Assembly (NCBI GenBank): GCA_964057225.1
Contig: OZ059895.1
Span: 23,684,001-23,748,000, forward strand
DNA length: 64,000 nucleotides
From: Auanema rhodensis
Taxonomy: Eukaryota; Animalia; Nematoda
Direction of reading: 5' to 3'
Positions within the stretch are counted from its first letter, which is position 1; every line of letters starts with the position of its first letter. Made by a program: the position numbers and the translations under genes. The notes under the pieces were generated by a model that was not told the origin of the DNA, made no database searches, and saw only the letters and a list, made by a program, of their open reading frames with translations. Shown piece by piece: positions 12,459-25,100 of this stretch.

Positions 12459-15400
12459 CTAATTAAATGTACACGTGATGTGCACTTGGTATGTAACTCG
12501 CTTCACGTGAAAGATAAAGAGATGCGGTTTTCAAAATTAGATTCCCCATGTCCATATTAGTCTAAAAACAAATTTTTATTGATATTGCTTCATGGTAACC
12601 ATGACTTTGAAATTTACGTGAACTTTAATTTATGCTAATTAAATGTACACGTGATGTGCACTTGGTATGTAACTCGCTTCACGTGAAAGATAAAGAGATG
12701 CGGTTTTCAAAATTAGATTCCCCATGTCCATATTAGTCTAAAAACAAATTTTTATTGATATTGGTTCATGGTAACCATGACTTTGAAATTTACGTGAACT
12801 TTAATTTATGCTAATTAAATGTACACGTGATGTGCACTTGGTATGTAACTCGCTTCACGTGAAAGATAAAGAGATGCGGTTTTCAAAATTAGATTCCCCA
12901 TGTCCATATTAGTCTAAAAACAAATTTTTATTGATATTGGTGCATGGTAACCATGACTTTGAAATTTACGTGAACTTTAATTTATGCTAATTAAATGTAC
13001 ACGTGATGTGCACTTGGTATGTAACTCGCTTCACGTGAAAGATAAAGAGATGCGGTTTTCAAAATTAGATTACCCATGTCCATATTAGTCTAAAAACAAA
13101 TTTTTATTGATATTGGTTCATGGTAACCATGACTTTGAAATTTACGTGAACTTTAATTTATGCTAATTAAATGTACACGTGATGTGCACTTGGTATGTAA
13201 CTCGCTTCACGTGAAAGATAAAGAGATGCGGTTTTCAAAATTAGATTCCCCATGTCCATATTAGTCTAAAAACAAATTTTTATTGATATTGGTGCATGGT
13301 AACCATGACTTTGAAATTTACGTGAACTTTAATTCATGCTAATTAAATGTACACGTGATGTGCACTTGGTATGTAACTCGCTTCACGTGAAAGATAAAGA
13401 GATGCGGTTTTCAAAATTAGATTCCCCATGTCCATATTAGTCTGAAAACAAATTTTTATTGATATTGCTTCATGGTAACCATGACTTTGAAATTTACGTG
13501 AACTTTAATTTATGCTAATTAAATGTACACGTGATGTGCACTTGGTATGTAACTCGCTTCACGTGAAAGATAAAGAGATGCGGTTTTCAAAATTAGATTC
13601 CCCATGTCCATATTAGTCTAAAAACAAATTTTTATTGATATTGGTGCATGGTAACCATGACTTTGAAATTTACGTGAACTTTAATTCATGCTAATTAAAT
13701 GTACACGTGATGTGCACTTGGTATGTAACTCGCTTCACGTGAAAGATAAAGAGATGCGGTTTTCAAAATTAGATTCCCCATGTCCATATTAGTCTAAAAA
13801 CAAATTTTTATTGATATTGGTGCATGGTAACCATGACTTTGAAATTTACGTGAACTTTAATTTATGCTAATTAAATGTACACGTGATGTGCACTTGGTAT
13901 GTAACTCGCTTCACGTGAAAGATAAAGAGATGCGGTTTTCAAAATTAGATTCCCCATGTCCATATTAGTCTAAAAACAAATTTTTATTGATATTGGTTCA
14001 TGGTAACCATGACTTTGAAATTTACGTGAACTTTAATTTATGCTAATTAAATGTACACGTGATGTGCACTTGGTATGTAACTCGCTTCACGTGAAAGATA
14101 AAGAGATGCGGTTTTCAAAATTAGATTCCCCATATCCATATTAGTCTAAAAACAAATTTTTATTGATATTGGTGCATGGTAACCATGACTTTGAAATTTA
14201 CGTGAACTTTAATTTATGCTAATTAAATGTACACGTGATGTGCACTTGGTATGTAACTCGCTTCACGTGAAAGATAAAGAGATGCGGTTCTCAAAATTAG
14301 ATTCCCCATGTCCATATTAGTCTAAAAACAAATTTTTATTGATATTGGTGCATGGTAACCATGACTTTGAATTTTACGTGAACTTTAATTTATGCTAATT
14401 AAATGTACACGTGATGTGCACTTGGTATGTAACTCGCTTCACGTGATAGATAAAGAGATGCGGTTTTCAAAATTAGATTCCCCATGTCCATATTAGTCTA
14501 AAAACAAATTTTTATTGATATTGGTTCATGGTAACCATGACTTTGAAATTTACGTGAACTTTAATTTATGCTAATTAAATGTACACGTGATGTGCACTTG
14601 GTATGTAACTCGCTTCACGTGAAAGATAAAGAGATGCGGTTTTCAAAATTAGATTCCCCATGTCCATATTAGTCTAAAAACAAATTTTTATTGATATTGG
14701 TTCATGGTAACCATGACTTTGAAATTTACGTGAACTTTAATTTATGCTAATTAAATGTACACGTGATGTGCACTTGGTATGTAACTCGCTTCACGTGAAA
14801 GATAAAGAGATGCGGTTTTCAAAATTAGATTCCCCATATCCATATTAGTCTAAAAACAAATTTTTATTGATATTGGTGCATGGTAACCATGACTTTGAAA
14901 TTTACGTGAACTTTAATTTATGCTAATTAAATGTACACGTGATGTGCACTTGGTATGTAACTCGCTTCACGTGAAAGATAAAGAGATGCGGTTCTCAAAA
15001 TTAGATTCCCCATGTCCATATTAGTCTAAAAACAAATTTTTATTGATATTGGTGCATGGTAACCATGACTTTGAATTTTACGTGAACTTTAATTTATGCT
15101 AATTAAATGTACACGTGATGTGCACTTGGTATGTAACTCGCTTCACGTGAAAGATAAAGAGATGCGGTTTTCAAAATTAGATTCCCCATGTCCATATTAG
15201 TCTAAAAACAAATTTTTATTGATATTGGTGCATGATAACCATGACTTTGAAATTAACGTGAACTTTAATTTATGCTAATTAAATGTACACGTGATGTGCA
15301 CTTGGTATGTAACTCGCTTCACGTGAAAGATAAAGAGATGCGGTTTTCAAAATTAGATTCCCCATGTCCATATTAGTCTAAAAACAAATTTTTATTGATA

Positions 15401-18400
15401 TTGGTTCATGGTAACCATGACTTTGAAATTTACGTGAACTTTAATTTATGCTAATTAAATGTACACGTGATGTGCACTTGGTATGTAACTCGCTTCACGT
15501 GAAAGATAAAGAGATGCGGTTTTCAAAATTAGATTCCCCATGTCCATATTAGTCTAAAAACAAATTTTTATTGATATTGGTGCATGGTAACCATGACTTT
15601 GAAATTTACGTGAACTTTAATTTATGCTAATTAAATGTACACGTGATGTGCACTTGGTATGTAACTCGCTTCACGTGAAAGATAAAGAGATGCGGTTTTC
15701 AAAATTAGATTCCCCATGTCCATATTAGTCTAAAAACAAATTTTTATTGATATTGGTGCATGGTAACCATGACTTTGAAATTTACGTGAACTTTAATTTA
15801 TGCTAATTAAATGTACACGTGATGTGCACTTGGTATGTAACTCGGTTCACGTGAAAGATAAAGAGATGCGGTTTTCAAAATTAGATTCCCCATGTCCATA
15901 TTAGTCTAAAAACAAATTTTTATTGATATTTTGAAATTTTCATATTAGTCTAAAAACAACAAGATGCGGTTTTCAAAATTAGATTCCCCATGTCCATATT
16001 AGTCTAAAAACAAATTTTTATTGATATTGGTGCATGGTAACCATGACTTTAAAATTTACGTGAACTTTAATTTATGCTAATTAAATGTACACGTGATGTG
16101 CACTTGGTATGTAACTCGCTTCACGTGAAAGATAAAGAGATGCGGTTTTCAAAATTAGATTCCCCATGTCCATATTAGTCTAAAAACAAATTTTTATTGA
16201 TATTGGTGCATGGTAACCATGACTTTGAATTTTACGTGAACTTTAATTTATGCTAATTAAATGTACACGTGATGTGCACTTGGTATGTAACTCGCTTCAC
16301 GTGAAAGATAAAGAGATGCGGTTTTCAAAATTAGATTCCCCATGTCCATATTAGTCTAAAAACAAATTTTTATTGATATTGCTTCATGGTAACCATGACT
16401 TTGAAATTTACGTGAACTTTAATTTATGCTAATTAAATGTACACGTGATGTGCACTTGGTATGTAACTCGCTTCACGTGAAAGATAAAGAGATGCGGTTT
16501 TCAAAATTAGATTCCCCATGTCCATATTAGTCTAAAAACAAATTTTTATTGATATTGGTTCATGGTAACCATGACTTTGAAATTTACGTGAACTTTAATT
16601 TATGCTAATTAAATGTACACGTGATGTGCACTTGGTATGTAACTCGCTTCACGTGAAAGATAAAGAGATGCGGTTTTCAAAATTAGATTCCCCATGTCCA
16701 TATTAGTCTAAAAACAAATTTTTATTGATATTGGTGCATGGTAACCATGACTTTGAAATTTACGTGAACTTTAATTTATGCTAATTAAATGTACACGTGA
16801 TGTGCACTTGGTATGTAACTCGCTTCACGTGAAAGATAAAGAGATGCGGTTTTCAAAATTAGATTACCCATGTCCATATTAGTCTAAAAACAAATTTTTA
16901 TTGATATTGGTTCATGGTAACCATGACTTTGAAATTTACGTGAACTTTAATTTATGCTAATTAAATGTACACGTGATGTGCACTTGGTATGTAACTCGCT
17001 TCACGTGAAAGATAAAGAGATGCGGTTTTCAAAATTAGATTCCCCATGTCCATATTAGTCTAAAAACAAATTTTTATTGATATTGGTGCATGGTAACCAT
17101 GACTTTGAAATTTACGTGAACTTTAATTCATGCTAATTAAATGTACACGTGATGTGCACTTGGTATGTAACTCGCTTCACGTGAAAGATAAAGAGATGCG
17201 GTTTTCAAAATTAGATTCCCCATGTCCATATTAGTCTGAAAACAAATTTTTATTGATATTGCTTCATGGTAACCATGACTTTGAAATTTACGTGAACTTT
17301 AATTTATGCTAATTAAATGTACACGTGATGTGCACTTGGTATGTAACTCGCTTCACGTGAAAGATAAAGAGATGCGGTTTTCAAAATTAGATTCCCCATG
17401 TCCATATTAGTCTAAAAACAAATTTTTATTGATATTGGTGCATGGTAACCATGACTTTGAAATTTACGTGAACTTTAATTCATGCTAATTAAATGTACAC
17501 GTGATGTGCACTTGGTATGTAACTCGCTTCACGTGAAAGATAAAGAGATGCGGTTTTCAAAATTAGATTCCCCATGTCCATATTAGTCTAAAAACAAATT
17601 TTTATTGATATTGGTGCATGGTAACCATGACTTTGAAATTTACGTGAACTTTAATTTATGCTAATTAAATGTACACGTGATGTGCACTTGGTATGTAACT
17701 CGCTTCACGTGAAAGATAAAGAGATGCGGTTTTCAAAATTAGATTCCCCATGTCCATATTAGTCTAAAAACAAATTTTTATTGATATTGGTTCATGGTAA
17801 CCATGACTTTGAAATTTACGTGAACTTTAATTTATGCTAATTAAATGTACACGTGATGTGCACTTGGTATGTAACTCGCTTCACGTGAAAGATAAAGAGA
17901 TGCGGTTTTCAAAATTAGATTCCCCATATCCATATTAGTCTAAAAACAAATTTTTATTGATATTGGTGCATGGTAACCATGACTTTGAAATTTACGTGAA
18001 CTTTAATTTATGCTAATTAAATGTACACGTGATGTGCACTTGGTATGTAACTCGCTTCACGTGAAAGATAAAGAGATGCGGTTCTCAAAATTAGATTCCC
18101 CATGTCCATATTAGTCTAAAAACAAATTTTTATTGATATTGGTGCATGGTAACCATGACTTTGAATTTTACGTGAACTTTAATTTATGCTAATTAAATGT
18201 ACACGTGATGTGCACTTGGTATGTAACTCGCTTCACGTGAAAGATAAAGAGATGCGGTTTTCAAAATTAGATTCCCCATGTCCATATTAGTCTAAAAACA
18301 AATTTTTATTGATATTGGTTCATGGTAACCATGACTTTGAAATTTACGTGAACTTTAATTTATGCTAATTAAATGTACACGTGATGTGCACTTGGTATGT

Positions 18401-19772
18401 AACTCGCTTCACGTGAAAGATAAAGAGATGCGGTTTTCAAAATTAGATTCCCCATGTCCATATTAGTCTAAAAACAAATTTTTATTGATATTGGTTCATG
18501 GTAACCATGACTTTGAAATTTACGTGAACTTTAATTTATGCTAATTAAATGTACACGTGATGTGCACTTGGTATGTAACTCGCTTCACGTGAAAGATAAA
18601 GAGATGCGGTTTTCAAAATTAGATTCCCCATATCCATATTAGTCTAAAAACAAATTTTTATTGATATTGGTGCATGGTAACCATGACTTTGAAATTTACG
18701 TGAACTTTAATTTATGCTAATTAAATGTACACGTGATGTGCACTTGGTATGTAACTCGCTTCACGTGAAAGATAAAGAGATGCGGTTCTCAAAATTAGAT
18801 TCCCCATGTCCATATTAGTCTAAAAACAAATTTTTATTGATATTGGTGCATGGTAACCATGACTTTGAATTTTACGTGAACTTTAATTTATGCTAATTAA
18901 ATGTACACGTGATGTGCACTTGGTATGTAACTCGCTTCACGTGAAAGATAAAGAGATGCGGTTTTCAAAATTAGATTCCCCATGTCCATATTAGTCTAAA
19001 AACAAATTTTTATTGATATTGGTGCATGATAACCATGACTTTGAAATTAACGTGAACTTTAATTTATGCTAATTAAATGTACACGTGATGTGCACTTGGT
19101 ATGTAACTCGCTTCACGTGAAAGATAAAGAGATGCGGTTTTCAAAATTAGATTCCCCATGTCCATATTAGTCTAAAAACAAATTTTTATTGATATTGGTT
19201 CATGGTAACCATGACTTTGAAATTTACGTGAACTTTAATTTATGCTAATTAAATGTACACGTGATGTGCACTTGGTATGTAACTCGCTTCACGTGAAAGA
19301 TAAAGAGATGCGGTTTTCAAAATTAGATTCCCCATGTCCATATTAGTCTAAAAACAAATTTTTATTGATATTGGTGCATGGTAACCATGACTTTGAAATT
19401 TACGTGAACTTTAATTTATGCTAATTAAATGTACACGTGATGTGCACTTGGTATGTAACTCGCTTCACGTGAAAGATAAAGAGATGCGGTTTTCAAAATT
19501 AGATTCCCCATGTCCATATTAGTCTAAAAACAAATTTTTATTGATATTGGTGCATGGTAACCATGACTTTAAAATTTACGTGAACTTTAATTTATGCTAA
19601 TTAAATGTACACGTGATGTGCACTTGGTATGTAACTCGCTTCACGTGAAAGATAAAGAGATGCGGTTTTCAAAATTAGATTCCCCATGTCCATATTAGTC
19701 TAAAAACAAATTTTTATTGATATTGGTGCATGGTAACCATGACTTTGAATTTTACGTGAACTTTAATTTATG
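12459..19772 (+). repeat. Tandem duplication with 3794-bp (21-monomer) period; second copy lacks the long monomer
   Basis: 12459-16252 vs 16253-19772: C86A (12987/16781), A106G+G130C (13339/17133), G92A (14043/17837 and 14747/18541) and G137A+T157A (15099/18893) are all offset by 3794. Confidence 0.9.
15803..16076 (+). repeat. 274-bp variant monomer, subtype A (insertion 15931-16028)
   Basis: Same junction; C43G and G151A. Confidence 0.97.
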
Positions 19773-22158
19773 CTAATTAAATGTACACGTGATGTGCACT
19801 TGGTATGTAACTCGCTTCACGTGAAAGATAAAGAGATGCGGTTTTCAAAATTAGATTCCCCATGTCCATATTAGTCTAAAAACAAATTTTTATTGATATT
19901 GGTGCATGGTAACCATGACTTTGAAATTTACGTGAACTTTAATTTATGCTAATTAAATGTACACGTGATGTGCACTTGGTATGTAACTCGCTTCACGTGA
20001 AAGATAAAGAGATGCGGTTTTCAAAATTAGATTCCCCATGTCCATATTAGTCTAAAAACAAATTTTTATTGATATTGGTGCATGGTAACCATGACTTTGA
20101 AATTTACGTGAAGTTTAATTTATGCTAATTAAATGTACACGTGATGTGCACTTGGTATGTAACTCGCTTCACGTGAAAGATAAAGAGATGCGGTTTTCAA
20201 AATTAGATTCCCCATGTCCATATTAGTCTAAAAACAAATTTTTATTGATATTGGTGCATGGTAACCATGACTTTGAAATTTACGTGAACTTTAATTTATG
20301 CTAATTAAATGTACACGTGATGTGCACTTGGTATGTAACTCGCTTCACGTGAAAGATAAAGAGATGCGGTTTTCAAAATTAGATTCCCCATGTCCATATT
20401 AGTCTAAAAACAAATTTTTATTGATATTTTGAAATTTTCATATTAGTCTAAAAACAACAAGATGCGGTTTTCAAAATTAGATTCCCCATGTCCATATTAG
20501 TCTAAAAACAAATTTTTATTGATATTGGTGCATGGTAACCATGACTTTGAAATTTACGTGAACTTTAATTTATGCTAATTAAATGTACACGTGATGTGCA
20601 CTTGGTATGTAACTCGCTTCACGTGAAAGATAAAGAGATGCGGTTTTCAAAATTAGATTCCCCATGTCCATATTAGTCTAAAAACAAATTTTTATTGATA
20701 TTGGTGCATGGTAACCATGACTTTAAAATTTACGTGAACTTTAATTTATGCTAATTAAATGTACACGTGATGTGCACTTGGTATGTAACTCGCTTCACGT
20801 GAAAGATAAAGAGATGCGGTTTTCAAAATTAGATTCCCCATGTCCATATTAGTCTAAAAACAAATTTTTATTGATATTGGTGCATGGTAACCATGACTTT
20901 GAATTTTACGTGAACTTTAATTTATGCTAATTAAATGTACACGTGATGTGCACTTGGTATGTAACTCGCTTCACGTGAAAGATAAAGAGATGCGGTTTTC
21001 AAAATTAGATTCCCCATGTCCATATTAGTCTAAAAACAAATTTTTATTGATATTGGTGCATGGTAACCATGACTTTGAAATTTACGTGAACTTTAATTTA
21101 TGCTAATTAAATGTACACGTGATGTGCACTTGGTATGTAACTCGCTTCACGTGAAAGATAAAGAGATGCGGTTTTCAAAATTAGATTCCCCATGTCCATA
21201 TTAGTCTAAAAACAAATTTTTATTGATATTGGTGCATGGTAACCATGACTTTGAAATTTACGTGAAGTTTAATTTATGCTAATTAAATGTACACGTGATG
21301 TGCACTTGGTATGTAACTCGCTTCACGTGAAAGATAAAGAGATGCGGTTTTCAAAATTAGATTCCCCATGTCCATATTAGTCTAAAAACAAATTTTTATT
21401 GATATTGGTTCATGGTAACCATGACTTTTAAATTTACGTGAACTTTAATTTATGCTAATTAAATGTACACGTGATGTGCACTTGGTATGTAACTCGCTTC
21501 ACGTGAAAGATAAAGAGATGCGGTTTTCAAAATTAGATTCCCCATGTCCATATTAGTCTAAAAACAAATTTTTATTGATATTGGTGCATGGTAACCATGA
21601 CTTTGAAATTTACGTGAACTTTAATTTATGCTAATTAAATGTACACGTGATGTGCACTTGGTATGTAACTCGCTTCACGTGAAAGATAAAGAGATGCGGT
21701 TTTCAAAATTAGATTACCCATGTCCATATTAGTCTAAAAACAAATTTTTATTGATATTGGTTCATGGTAACCATGACTTTGAAATTTACGTGAACTTTAA
21801 TTTATGCTAATTAAATGTACACGTGATGTGCACTTGGTATGTAACTCGCTTCACGTGAAAGATAAAGAGATGCGGTTTTCAAAATTAGATTCCCCATGTC
21901 CATATTAGTCTAAAAACAAATTTTTATTGATATTGGTGCATGGTAACCATGACTTTGAAATTTACGTGAACTTTAATTCATGCTAATTAAATGTACACGT
22001 GATGTGCACTTGGTATGTAACTCGCTTCACGTGAAAGATAAAGAGATGCGGTTTTCAAAATTAGATTCCCCATGTCCATATTAGTCTAAAAACAAATTTT
22101 TATTGATATTGCTTCATGGTAACCATGACTTTGAAATTTACGTGAACTTTAATTTATG
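18189..22158 (+). repeat. 22-monomer HOR, copy 3 (3970 bp)
   Basis: Same order as 3169-7236, except long-A is replaced by a normal 176-bp G151A monomer at 19421. Confidence 0.9.
20301..20574 (+). repeat. 274-bp variant monomer, subtype B (insertion 20429-20526); last copy in the window
   Basis: Same junction; consensus C43 and G151. Confidence 0.97.
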
Positions 22159-25100
22159 CTAATTAAATGTACACGTGATGTGCACTTGGTATGTAACTCG
22201 CTTCACGTGAAAGATAAAGAGATGCGGTTTTCAAAATTAGATTCCCCATGTCCATATTAGTCTAAAAACAAATTTTTATTGATATTGGTTCATGGTAACC
22301 ATGACTTTGAAATTTACGTGAACTTTAATTTATGCTAATTAAATGTACACGTGATGTGCACTTGGTATGTAACTCGCTTCACGTGAAAGATAAAGAGATG
22401 CGGTTTTCAAAATTAGATTCCCCATGTCCATATTAGTCTAAAAACAAATTTTTATTGATATTGGTGCATGGTAACCATGACTTTGAAATTTACGTGAACT
22501 TTAATTTATGCTAATTAAATGTACACGTGATGTGCACTTGGTATGTAACTCGCTTCACGTGAAAGATAAAGAGATGCGGTTTTCAAAATTAGATTACCCA
22601 TGTCCATATTAGTCTAAAAACAAATTTTTATTGATATTGGTTCATGGTAACCATGACTTTGAAATTTACGTGAACTTTAATTTATGCTAATTAAATGTAC
22701 ACGTGATGTGCACTTGGTATGTAACTCGCTTCACGTGAAAGATAAAGAGATGCGGTTTTCAAAATTAGATTCCCCATGTCCATATTAGTCTAAAAACAAA
22801 TTTTTATTGATATTGGTGCATGGTAACCATGACTTTGAAATTTACGTGAACTTTAATTCATGCTAATTAAATGTACACGTGATGTGCACTTGGTATGTAA
22901 CTCGCTTCACGTGAAAGATAAAGAGATGCGGTTTTCAAAATTAGATTCCCCATGTCCATATTAGTCTGAAAACAAATTTTTATTGATATTGCTTCATGGT
23001 AACCATGACTTTGAAATTTACGTGAACTTTAATTTATGCTAATTAAATGTACACGTGATGTGCACTTGGTATGTAACTCGCTTCACGTGAAAGATAAAGA
23101 GATGCGGTTTTCAAAATTAGATTCCCCATGTCCATATTAGTCTAAAAACAAATTTTTATTGATATTGGTTCATGGTAACCATGACTTTGAAATTTACGTG
23201 AACTTTAATTTATGCTAATTAAATGTACACGTGATGTGCACTTGGTATGTAACTCGCTTCACGTGAAAGATAAAGAGATGCGGTTCTCAAAATTAGATTC
23301 CCCATGTCCATATTAGTCTAAAAACAAATTTTTATTGATATTGCTTCATGGTAACCATGACTTTGAAATTTACGTGAACTTTAATTTATGCTAATTAAAT
23401 GTACACGTGATGTGCACTTGGTATGTAACTCGCTTCACGTGAAAGATAAAGAGATGCGGTTTTCAAAATTAGATTCCCCATGTCCATATTAGTCTAAAAA
23501 CAAATTTTTATTGATATTGCTTCATGGTAACCTTGACTTTGAAATTTACGTGAACTTTAATTTATGCTAATTAAATGTACACGTGATGTGCACTTGGTAT
23601 GTAACTCGCTTCACGTGAAAGATAAAGAGATGCGGTTTTCAAAATTAGATTCCCCATGTCCATATTAGTCTAAAAACAAATTTTTATTGATATTGGTTCA
23701 TGGTAACCATGACTTTGAAATTTACGTGAACTTTAATTTATGCTAATTAAATGTACACGTGATGTGCACTTGGTATGTAACTCGCTTCACGTGAAAGATA
23801 AAGAGATGCGGTTTTCAAAATTAGATTCCCCATGTCCATATTAGTCTAAAAACGAATTTTTATTGATATTGCTTCATGGTAACCATGACTTTGAAATTTA
23901 CGTGAACTTTAATTTATGCTAATTAAATGTACACGTGATGTGCACTTGGTATGTAACTCGCTTCACATGAAAGATAAAGAGATGCGGTTTCCAAAATTAG
24001 ATTCCCCATGTCCATATTAGTCTAAAAACAAATTTTTATTGATATTGGTTCATGGTAACCATGACTTTGAAATTTACGTGAACTTTAATTTATGCTAATT
24101 AAATGTGCACGTGATGTGCACTTGGTATGTAACTCGCTTCACGTGAAAGATAAAGAGATGCGGTTTTCAAAATTAGATTCCCCATGTCCATATTAGTCTA
24201 AAAACAAATTTTTATTGATATTGGTGCATGGTAACCATGACTTTGAATTTTACGTGAACTTTAATTTATGCTAATTAAATGTACACGTGATGTGCACTTG
24301 GTATGTAACTCGCTTCACGTGAAAGATAAAGAGATGCGGTTTTCAAAATTAGATTCCCCATGTCCATATTAGTCTAAAAACAAATTTTTATTGATATTGG
24401 TTCATGGTAACCATGACTTTGAAATTTACGTGAACTTTAATTTATGCTAATTAAATGTACACGTGATGTGCACTTGGTATGTAACTCGCTTCACGTGAAA
24501 GATAAAGAGATGCGGTTTTCAAAATAAGATTCCCCATGTCCATATTAGTCTAAAAATAAATTTTTATTGATATTGCTTCATGGTAACCATGACTTTGAAA
24601 TTTACGTGAACTTTAATTTATGCTAATTAATTGTACACGTGATGTGCACTTGGTATGTAACTCGCTTCACGTGAAAGATAAAGAGATGCGGTTTTCAAAA
24701 TTAGATTCCCCATGTCCATATTAGTCTAAAAACAGATTTTTATTGATATTGGTTCATGGTAACCATGACTTTGAAATTTACGTGAACTTTAATTTATGCT
24801 AATTAAATGTACACGTGATGTGCACTTGGTATGTAACTCGCTTCACGTGAAAGATAAAGAGATGCGGTTTTCAAAATTAGATTCCCCATGTCCATATTAG
24901 TCTAAAAACAAATTTTTATTGATATTGGTGCATGGTAACCATGACTTTGAAATTTACGTGAACTTTAATTTATGCTAATTAAATGTACACGTGATGTGCA
25001 CTTGGTATGTAACTCGCTTCACGTGAAAGATAAAGAGATGCGGTTTTCAAAATTAGATTCCCCATGTCCATATTAGTCTAAAAACAAATTTTTATTGATA

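Larger units (their letters stand above)
7237..12634 (+). repeat. 22-monomer HOR, copy 2, expanded to 29 monomers
   Basis: Same variant order as 3169-7236, plus one extra T132G monomer and an internal 6-monomer duplication. Confidence 0.9.
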
